From Vulcanimicrobiota bacterium (GTDB lineage Bacteria; Vulcanimicrobiota; Xenobia; Xenobiales; JADMJV01): a DNA stretch of 64,000 nucleotides. The stretch covers positions 1 to 64,000 of the forward strand of contig JBFWNU010000011.1 in NCBI GenBank assembly GCA_050250895.1, in the 5' to 3' direction. The notes below the pieces were generated by a model. It was not told the origin of the DNA and did not search any database. It was given only the letters and a program-made list of their open reading frames with translations. Positions 36,271 to 43,959 of this stretch are shown here, one piece after another. The position numbers were made by a program, and so were the translations under genes. Position 1 is the first letter of the stretch. Every line of letters starts with the position of its first letter.

Positions 36271-39200
36271 CTAGCGACTGCGGATGGGGCGGGGGTCGAA
36301 CTTCGGCTTGCGATAGCGCTTCTGGCGCAGGGCCTTCAGGCAAATCTCGATACCTCGTTCAAGCTGGGGGTCGACGTTGTCGCGGAAGTGCTGAGGAGCG
36401 ACCTCGATCTCTTCGTCGGGGTCGGTGCCGTAGTTCTCGATGCTCCAGCCCACATCTTCGAACCAGAAGGCGAACTCGGGCTGAGTGGTCACGGTACCGT
36501 CGACCAGGGCGTGGCGCGGCCAGATGCCGATGACGCCTCCCCAGGTGCGCTTGCCCAGCAGCGGACCCAGCTTCATCAGCTTGAAGCAGTGGCTGAAAAT
36601 GTCACCGTCCGAGCCGGCCTGCTCGTTGGTCAGGGCCACCAGCGGACCGGCGGGGGATTCTTGGGGGTAAGGGATGGGCAGACCCCAGCGCTGCACGTCA
36701 AAGCCGAGCCGGCGCCGCGCCAGCTTTTCGAGCAACAGCTGCGAGACGTTGCCTCCGCCGTTATAGCGCACATCGACGATCAGGGCGTCGCGCTCGACTT
36801 CCGAGAAGAAGCCGCGGTGGAACTCGGCAAAGCCGTCCACTCCCATGTTGGGGATGTGGACGTAGCCCACTCGCCCTTTACTGGCCTGATGGACTTTGCT
36901 GCGATTGCCCTCGACCCACTCGCGATAGCGCGCCGGAGTCTCGGCCCGCAGCGTCTTGACCACCAACTGGGCCGGCTCGTCCTCGTCCTGGCGCTGGACG
37001 GTCAGGTGCACCTCGGTAGCGGCCCGATGCACCAGACAGCGCTGGGGCGAGCGCTTCTCGGTCAGGGGCACGCCGTCGACAGCCAGCAGCAGGTCGCCCT
37101 CGCGCACTTTGAGGGCGGGGCGGGCCAGCGGCGAGGTCTGTTCGTCGTTCCAGCTGTCGCCGATCGCGATGTGGCTGATGCGATAGGCTTTCGCCTTCTT
37201 GTCCCAGACAAAGTCGGCGGCCAGCTTGCCCTGGCTGTAATAGGGGCCCGAGCGGTAATCTCCGCCGTATTCATAGGCGTGGGAAGTGCCCAGTTCGCCC
37301 TGGAACTCCCACAACAGATCCGAGAGTTCGTAGCGGGTGGCCACCCGGTCGAGCAAGGGCAGATAGTGTTCGTAGACCGCTTGCCAGTCGACTCCCGACA
37401 TGGCCTCATCCCAGAAGTGGTCGCGCATCAAGCGCCAGGCCTCGCGAAACATCTGCTTCCACTCGAGAGTCGGGATGATCGACACGCGCAGGCGGTTGAG
37501 TTCGACATAGCCTGACTTGCGCGAGGGGTTGGTCCCGTTGTTGTCAGGCTTCTTGCCGGCCGCAACCAGGCGCAGGCGATTGCCCGAGCGATAGGCCAGC
37601 GTCTTGCGATTGGCAGAGAGACGAAAGTTGGTCACCTGACTGAGGTGCTCGTTGGTCTCGAGACTCTTCCACTCGAAGCAGTAGATCGTGCCTTTGGCGG
37701 CGGGGCGACGCGAGTCTTCGCGCACCAGGGCGCTTTCGACCGGGTAGTACGAGAAGAGCACTTTGCCCGGGATTCCCATGACCTTGCCGTAGCGGCCTTC
37801 GCCCACGGGAAAGGCCAGCACCCGCTGCTGGATGCCGTCGAAGTCGATGGTGATGGGTTTGGTCTTGTCGTCTTTCTTAGGCTTGTCCTCGTCGGCGGGC
37901 TTGTCCTCTGCCTCGCCTTCGGCCGCCTCTTCCGCCTTGTCCTCAGCCTTGTCTTCGGCTTTCTCGTCGGCCTTGTCGTCGGACTTGGGAGAGGGCTTTT
38001 TGGGGTCTTCGCCCGGGGCCCTGGGGATCGGTAGGAAAGGGTCGGGCTGGTCGGCTCGCAGGGTTACCAGGTAGGGCTTGACCCCCTTGGGAAAAGAAAG
38101 CTCGAAGAAAATGTTGTCGCGCACCGGGTCGAAGTCGCGGCACGACAGAAAGTAGAGATAGTTTCCGTCGGGGTCGAAGTCGGGGGCGAAATCATAGAAG
38201 GCCGGCCCGGTCACGGCCCGGATCTCGCCGCTGGCCACCTCATAGAGGCGGATCTCGGCGTCCTGGCGACTGACGTTGAAGCTGTAGGCAATCCAGTTGC
38301 TGTCGGGAGACCAGCAGGCGCCGTTGATGCGCGCAAAGGGATTGCTCTCGATCAGCTTGATGGAGCGCTCTTCCAGGTCGATCAGGTGCAGCTCGTGACG
38401 GTGATTGGCGAGCAGCGCGCGCTTGCCGTCGGGGGCCACCTCCAGGCCAAGGGCCCGGCCCAGGTCATAGTCCTCGCCAATCACCTCGGGCTCTTCGCCC
38501 CTCTTGTGCAGCTCGAGTCTCTCTTCGCCGCTGGCGTCCGAGACACAGAGCACGGCCTGGTCGGCCCAGCGGGCACAACGATAGCGGATGCCGTCGCGGT
38601 GACCGAACTGGTGCACCGCTCCCTCCCAGTTGGCGAAAGCAAAGGGGCGCCCGCGCACGGTGACGGCCAGCTGGTCACCCTCTTTGTTGAGATCGTAGCC
38701 TTCGAAATAATGGTAGGGATTGACGAACTTGCGGGCTCGCTGGGGCTTGGGACTGCGTAGCTCGATGTCGATGCGGCGCGACTTCTTTCTGGCGGGATCG
38801 AAAAGATAGAGGTCGCCCCCGGCCTGATAGACGATGCGCTGGCCGTCGCTCGACGGGTGACGCAGATAGAAATCGTCGTGGTCGGTGTGCCGCTGCAGGC
38901 CTCGACCGTCGGGCTTGCAAGAGTAAAGATTGCACACGCCTTCATGGTCGGAGCCGAAGTAGATGCGTTTGCCCACCCACAGAGGGCGGGTGAGGTTGCC
39001 GTCGAGCTCGATGAGCACCTCGAACTCGCCCTTCTCCTTGGGGTCGACCCAGAGCTGGCCGGCGGTGCCGCCGCGGTAGCGCTTCCAGCGGGCCGGGTCC
39101 CAGGTGTGACGGCCCAACACGGCGCCCTTCTTGGGCGCATAGTCGATATGGGCGGCCGGCCCCCACGGCAGCAGTTCGGTCAGCCCCCCTTCGACCGGCA

Positions 39201-39558
39201 CCGAACCGAGCTGGAAGACCCGCCCAAAGGGGCTTCCAGCGTTGGTGGCATAGATGACCCGGCGACTGTCGCGGCTCCAGCCGGTAGCCCGGGTGTCACC
39301 GCCCAGAAAAGTGAGGCGGCGGCTCTCCCAATTTGTGGTATCGAGCACGAATACCTCGGGCGGGCCTTCATCGCGACTGGTGAAGGCTATCCAACGCCCG
39401 TCGGGCGAGAAATGGGGGTCGCTCTGGCGACCCGGATTGGCGGTTACTCGCGAAGCCACGCCACCGCTGGCGGGCACGCTCCACAGGTCGTCTTCACAGG
39501 TGAACACGACGGTATCGCCGTGCAAGGTGGGTCGCTGGTAATAGCCGGGACTGCTCAT
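36271..39558 (-). CDS. Tricorn protease (S41) homolog
   Basis: Beta-propeller repeats, WKRYRGG, PDZ region, DVRYNGGG, AGSDGD, RTWGG. Confidence 0.95.
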   Translation of the reverse strand: MSSPGYYQRPTLHGDTVVFTCEDDLWSVPASGGVASRVTANPGRQSDPHFSPDGRWIAFTSRDEGPPEVFVLDTTNWESRRLTFLGGDTRATGWSRDSRRVIYATNAGSPFGRVFQLGSVPVEGGLTELLPWGPAAHIDYAPKKGAVLGRHTWDPARWKRYRGGTAGQLWVDPKEKGEFEVLIELDGNLTRPLWVGKRIYFGSDHEGVCNLYSCKPDGRGLQRHTDHDDFYLRHPSSDGQRIVYQAGGDLYLFDPARKKSRRIDIELRSPKPQRARKFVNPYHYFEGYDLNKEGDQLAVTVRGRPFAFANWEGAVHQFGHRDGIRYRCARWADQAVLCVSDASGEERLELHKRGEEPEVIGEDYDLGRALGLEVAPDGKRALLANHRHELHLIDLEERSIKLIESNPFARINGACWSPDSNWIAYSFNVSRQDAEIRLYEVASGEIRAVTGPAFYDFAPDFDPDGNYLYFLSCRDFDPVRDNIFFELSFPKGVKPYLVTLRADQPDPFLPIPRAPGEDPKKPSPKSDDKADEKAEDKAEDKAEEAAEGEAEDKPADEDKPKKDDKTKPITIDFDGIQQRVLAFPVGEGRYGKVMGIPGKVLFSYYPVESALVREDSRRPAAKGTIYCFEWKSLETNEHLSQVTNFRLSANRKTLAYRSGNRLRLVAAGKKPDNNGTNPSRKSGYVELNRLRVSIIPTLEWKQMFREAWRLMRDHFWDEAMSGVDWQAVYEHYLPLLDRVATRYELSDLLWEFQGELGTSHAYEYGGDYRSGPYYSQGKLAADFVWDKKAKAYRISHIAIGDSWNDEQTSPLARPALKVREGDLLLAVDGVPLTEKRSPQRCLVHRAATEVHLTVQRQDEDEPAQLVVKTLRAETPARYREWVEGNRSKVHQASKGRVGYVHIPNMGVDGFAEFHRGFFSEVERDALIVDVRYNGGGNVSQLLLEKLARRRLGFDVQRWGLPIPYPQESPAGPLVALTNEQAGSDGDIFSHCFKLMKLGPLLGKRTWGGVIGIWPRHALVDGTVTTQPEFAFWFEDVGWSIENYGTDPDEEIEVAPQHFRDNVDPQLERGIEICLKALRQKRYRKPKFDPRPIRSR

Positions 39559-39609
39559 GGGAGGGGGGCCTTCGTCAGGCACAGGTCTGTGCCTTCTGCC
39601 CACAAGACT

Positions 39610-40458
39610 CTAACTGGGAACGGCTTTTGACTTGAGCACGCGCATGCCGTGGTAAAGGTAAACCAGCCCGGATAGCAGCGTGTCCGCCTGCGAGATGCCT
39701 AGCGAAGCCGGGTCGACGCCGGGCTTGGCCCGACGGGTGAGCAGCATGGCTTTGACCCGGTGGCCGCTACCGTGGACGACCGACCTGGCCAGACCGGCGG
39801 GAGGAGGTCCCGCCGCCTGCTCGAGTGCATCCAGGGCGGGATAGACCCGCGGCGAGGCTTTGAGGTCAAAGGTGAGACGTTCGCAGACTTTCAGCTTGAC
39901 CGAGTTGCCACGGCGCTTGGGTTTGGTCTTCTTCTTGACCAACTGCTCGACTTGGACTTTGAAGGCCGTGCCATCCAGAAAGCGGCCCTGCAATACCAGC
40001 CAGGTCTGGCGAAAAGTTCCAAGAGCCATTTCACCGCTGACTAGAAATGGCGCCTGGTCGGGTCGGCGAAAGTCGACGGTGACCTCGAGTTCTTTGGTAG
40101 TGGGCAGGTCGTGCCGGAGGTGTTCGATCAAGGCACGCAGCATCTCGAAACGCGCGTCATCGAGGTCTTCCTCTGAGGCCTTGAGATAGTAACGCACGCC
40201 GAAGAAGATCAGCAAAACCGGCCCGACGACGGCCATCAAGCCCAGGAAAACCTTGAAGTTCACCTTGCCCGAGGACAGCGCCAGGGCGGCCGCCAGCCCG
40301 AGCGGCCACAAAAAGAACAGCGAAATGCAGCTGATACCGGCCACCGCGCCGCTATACCACATGCGGCTTTCGGCGGCCTTGTCTGAAATGGCCGCCTCGC
40401 CCAGCCTGGTCAACAGAGCAGTCGGAGTTCCCCGCAGGGTATGGAGATCTGCCCTCAT
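39610..40458 (-). CDS. Two-TM hypothetical protein
   Basis: Start MRADLH overlaps the upstream stop. Two hydrophobic helices. Confidence 0.7.
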   Translation of the reverse strand: MRADLHTLRGTPTALLTRLGEAAISDKAAESRMWYSGAVAGISCISLFFLWPLGLAAALALSSGKVNFKVFLGLMAVVGPVLLIFFGVRYYLKASEEDLDDARFEMLRALIEHLRHDLPTTKELEVTVDFRRPDQAPFLVSGEMALGTFRQTWLVLQGRFLDGTAFKVQVEQLVKKKTKPKRRGNSVKLKVCERLTFDLKASPRVYPALDALEQAAGPPPAGLARSVVHGSGHRVKAMLLTRRAKPGVDPASLGISQADTLLSGLVYLYHGMRVLKSKAVPS

Positions 40459-40856
40459 GGCTTCTTCTCCTCGGTCTTGAGTCGGGCGATCTGTTCTTTG
40501 AGCCATTCGACCCGGGCCTGGCGCTCTTGCACAATCGGCAACTGGGCTCGAATCTGGCGAATCTGCTGGTCGATCTCGACGATGCGCGGGTCTTCGTCGG
40601 TGGCGAGCGGAGGGGCGCCCGAAGGCGTGTAGGGGGGCATCTCTGGTAGCGGCGCGTCGCCGTGAATCTTCTGGTGGAGTGCGCCAAACTGCTTGTCTAG
40701 CTCTTCCATCTCGGCCGTGAGCTGCGGCAGATCCCGGATCTCTTGCTCGAGGTGCTGGAGTTCGGCCTGCTTGGCCGCCAATCGCTCTTCCGTATCGGGA
40801 TTGGGCAGCGAACAACCAACCAGTAACAGCGTGAGCAACACGACGGAGCTGCGCAT
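40455..40856 (-). CDS. Coiled-coil lipoprotein
   Basis: LLLVGC lipobox, GGAGG RBS. Confidence 0.75.
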   Translation of the reverse strand: MRSSVVLLTLLLVGCSLPNPDTEERLAAKQAELQHLEQEIRDLPQLTAEMEELDKQFGALHQKIHGDAPLPEMPPYTPSGAPPLATDEDPRIVEIDQQIRQIRAQLPIVQERQARVEWLKEQIARLKTEEKKP

Positions 40857-40876
40857 ATAATAACCCTCCAATTAAA

Positions 40877-40903
40877 GACATTTTGCCAAATAAGCAAAAT
40901 GTC
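40877..40903. promoter_or_regulatory. Inverted repeat in a divergent promoter region
   Basis: GACATTTTGC-N7-GCAAAATGTC. Confidence 0.55.
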
Positions 40904-40955
40904 CTGTCGAGGAAGGCGAGGTGCGCTTAGAGACAGAAGCTAGGCGCACCTAATT

Positions 40956-43067
40956 ATGCTAGAGATCCGCGCCGAGCAACTCCTTTCCCGCCCCGACCTT
41001 CCTACCAGTCGCCGTCCTCCCGCCGAGCAGGCCGGGGCCCTCGAGCATCTACTCGAGACCTATGAGGGCTCGGTCACGCGAGCCCTGGGCGACTACCAAT
41101 TTCTGGTCCGGACCGAGACCGGTCAGCTCGATCAGGCCGCCCAGTTGTTGACCGATTTTAGCCAGCGCCTCGATTCGCGGGGCGAGGGCCGACGGGCACT
41201 TTTGGAATACAACCGCCACGGCCATGGTCAGCTCGAGCTTTTCCAGGCCGCCCTCAAGGGGGTCGACCTCGACACGGCTCTGGAGCGGTTCGAGCAGGCT
41301 CGCCAGGCCGATATCGAGCCCACCCAGCGTCTGGAAGCCCTCGAGTTAGGCCAAACTCCGGCCCTTTTCCACGAGCTGCTGGGCCACCCCCTGGGCCGTG
41401 AGTCAGTCGCAGCCTTGCGCTCCTTGTTGCGCCTCGAAAGCGGACCCGGATTGAGTGGCGACCACTGGCGGGTGCGCGACGGAGCCTGGGTGCTCGAGGC
41501 CGATAGCAACTTTCGTTACGATCTCGAAAGTCAGCCCCTGGCTCTCAACGGGCTCCTCGAGCCTCGCCTGTGCTTCGACCTCGAAGGCGCAGGACCAGCC
41601 GAACTCGAGATCGGAGTCAAGCCCGATGGCTCCTTTTCCAACTCGAGCCAGAAGCTCGACCTTCATAACGGCTCGGTGGAGGTGCCCCTGGGCGAGACCG
41701 GCGACCGTTTCAAGCTGGAGCTACGGGTCCGTCCCGAGAACATGAGCCAGCGCTTGTCGGTCAGGCTGAGCAACCCTCGATTGGTGGCGCAACAGCCGCG
41801 CCTGCTGGCCACGCCCCGCTGGTCTCCAGAGGGCGATTGGGGCGAGTCTGACGATGACGGGTTCGCCCTGACCTGGGCCGATAGTCCGGGTCGCGACTAC
41901 CGGCCCAATGTCAATCAGTCGCTGACCTCCGACTGGCTGGATCTCGGCGGCAGCCAGCGGCCCCAGTTGAGCTTCAAGGCCCGCTATGATATTGAGCGTT
42001 TCTCGGACAAGTGCCATCTCGAGGTGCGCACCGAGAACCAGGACTGGCAGCCCCTCGACGCCTTCAACGGTAGCTCGGACTGGCAGGCCCACGCCTATTC
42101 GCTCGACGCCTTTCGAGGCCAGAAGGTGCAGTTGCGCTTTCGACTGCAAAGCGACGATAGCCGCGAAAAAGAGGGCATCGAACTGAGTGCCTGTCGCATT
42201 CTGGACAGCTCGCCGGTCACCGCCACCATTCCCCTGGCCGGCCATGGTGGTGAGCCGGGGCGGGTTGCCGAAGCTCTGCTGGCCGAGCCACGAGAACGAC
42301 GCGACCAGGCGCTGGCCAGCTGGGAGCGGATCGCCCGCCGGGCTCAAGACACCGAGGCGGCCCTGGATTTTTGGCCGCATCTGCGCCACGACCAGGAGCA
42401 GCCCGGCCAGGAAGATGCCTTCCTGACCTTGCGCCAGGTCTTCGGCGACAAAGCCGGTGAGTGGTTGGGCCGCCTCAACCAGACCTATCAGGGGCACGAG
42501 TTGCTCGAACAAGCCCAGCTGGCGGCCCAGATCAAGGACGACTATGGCCGCGTCCAGCAACTGCTCGAGCGCTCCCAGACTCCGACCTCTTTCTACTTGC
42601 GTCTGCTGGACCACGGCTCGGGCGCGGATCAGGTCATTCACCAACTGGCCGTGCCCTTCGGCGACGAACAGGCCGAGCTGCGCCGGAGCTGGTTCGAGAA
42701 GTTGCTCGAGCGCACCGGCGACAACTCCGAGGCGGTCACGGCCTGGAAGACCCTGAGCCGCTGGGTGCCGGGCCCCGAGACCTTACCCCAGGCGCTGAAT
42801 GCCTATCTGGCTCTGCACACCGCTCTAGGCCGCGACACCCAGGCCAGCAACCTGACCTGGCGCCAATTGCAAGACGCCCAGATGCAAGGACCGCTGCTCG
42901 GCAAGAGCCTGTCGGCCTGTGCCAGCGAGCTGGCCGAGGGCTTGCTGGTGGGCGTGCCCCTCGAACGTCTCATGGACGGCCTTCTGCACGGGCGCAATCT
43001 ACGCGAACTGGTCGAAGAGGTCGACTATCTCATCGTCGGCGATACCCAGGTTCCGCGCCAGGATTAG
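40956..43067 (+). CDS. Hypothetical protein with immune-inhibitor-A/MAM-like beta domain and a conserved C-terminal motif
   Basis: WADSPGRDYRPNVNQSLTS...VQLRFRLQSDDS. Ends LIVGDTQVPRQD. Confidence 0.8.
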   Translation: MLEIRAEQLLSRPDLPTSRRPPAEQAGALEHLLETYEGSVTRALGDYQFLVRTETGQLDQAAQLLTDFSQRLDSRGEGRRALLEYNRHGHGQLELFQAALKGVDLDTALERFEQARQADIEPTQRLEALELGQTPALFHELLGHPLGRESVAALRSLLRLESGPGLSGDHWRVRDGAWVLEADSNFRYDLESQPLALNGLLEPRLCFDLEGAGPAELEIGVKPDGSFSNSSQKLDLHNGSVEVPLGETGDRFKLELRVRPENMSQRLSVRLSNPRLVAQQPRLLATPRWSPEGDWGESDDDGFALTWADSPGRDYRPNVNQSLTSDWLDLGGSQRPQLSFKARYDIERFSDKCHLEVRTENQDWQPLDAFNGSSDWQAHAYSLDAFRGQKVQLRFRLQSDDSREKEGIELSACRILDSSPVTATIPLAGHGGEPGRVAEALLAEPRERRDQALASWERIARRAQDTEAALDFWPHLRHDQEQPGQEDAFLTLRQVFGDKAGEWLGRLNQTYQGHELLEQAQLAAQIKDDYGRVQQLLERSQTPTSFYLRLLDHGSGADQVIHQLAVPFGDEQAELRRSWFEKLLERTGDNSEAVTAWKTLSRWVPGPETLPQALNAYLALHTALGRDTQASNLTWRQLQDAQMQGPLLGKSLSACASELAEGLLVGVPLERLMDGLLHGRNLRELVEEVDYLIVGDTQVPRQD

Positions 43068-43084
43068 TCGCGAGCAGTTGGCGA

Positions 43085-43843
43085 CTACGGGCACTCGCAA
43101 CAACGATACTGGAAGTTGTTGATGGCGGCGGCCTGATTTCTGGCCGTCTGGCAACTGTTGGCGATCAATACCGTGGAACCGTCCTGACGGCATTGCGAGA
43201 CAAAGCCGGGAGCCGCGAAGTCGGTGGTTCCAGCCTGGCAAATGGAACCATTCGGGGCCAGGCTACAATCAACAAAGTTCACGCCGTCATTTGAACAGCG
43301 ATAGACTCGGCTGCAATAGCAATCAGCCGAGCAGGCGGTGGGACAAACGTCGCACGGGGCAGCCGCCGCGATCGCTCCACAGCAAGCCTGGCAGGGACCG
43401 GTGGGCGCACCGTTGGCCCCTCCGAAGAGTCCGGCGTTGGCGCAACCCGTGTCTCCACCCATTTCGCAGGCAGACGCTGCCCGGGCCGGCCTGGGTGCCG
43501 CCGCTGACAACACGAAGGGCATGACAGCCGCTACTTTGCCGACCTTGCCCAGCAGGTCTCTGCGGGTCAGGCCCTCGACTGCTGACCATTCGATCAGGCC
43601 GGCCCCCTTTAGTTCAAACAGAGCGAGCTCGAGCAGGGGACCAGACAGCGGTCCGAGTTGGGCCCGAACCTGACCCATCGGAGTGATTCCGTCGCAGGCT
43701 TGATAGACCTCGGCAGTGATCTCGTTGAGAGCGTGGACTCGACTGGAAGAGGGGTCGTAAAGCAGCACCTCTCCGCTTGCCAGCCGCTGAATCAAGGGTT
43801 GGACAGCAGGGTCACGATGGGTCTTTCTCGGCATGAGTTCCAT
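43085..43843 (-). CDS. PqqD/RRE-domain protein with internal twin-arginine motif and 18-Cys tail
   Basis: EVLLYDP..VHALNEITAEVYQACDG, GLTRRDLL, AAPRPARAAS, Cys-rich tail. Confidence 0.82.
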   Translation of the reverse strand: MELMPRKTHRDPAVQPLIQRLASGEVLLYDPSSSRVHALNEITAEVYQACDGITPMGQVRAQLGPLSGPLLELALFELKGAGLIEWSAVEGLTRRDLLGKVGKVAAVMPFVLSAAAPRPARAASACEMGGDTGCANAGLFGGANGAPTGPCQACCGAIAAAAPCDVCPTACSADCYCSRVYRCSNDGVNFVDCSLAPNGSICQAGTTDFAAPGFVSQCRQDGSTVLIANSCQTARNQAAAINNFQYRCCECP

Positions 43844-43959
43844 GGGTTAGCTCCTTTATCGACACCTGGGTGAAGGACTGGCTTCGTTACCGGGAGGTTC
43901 TCTCCTGGAAACCCAAAACATCCTTAGGTTTCCTGAGATTCGAGCAGCCCAAAGCAGAG

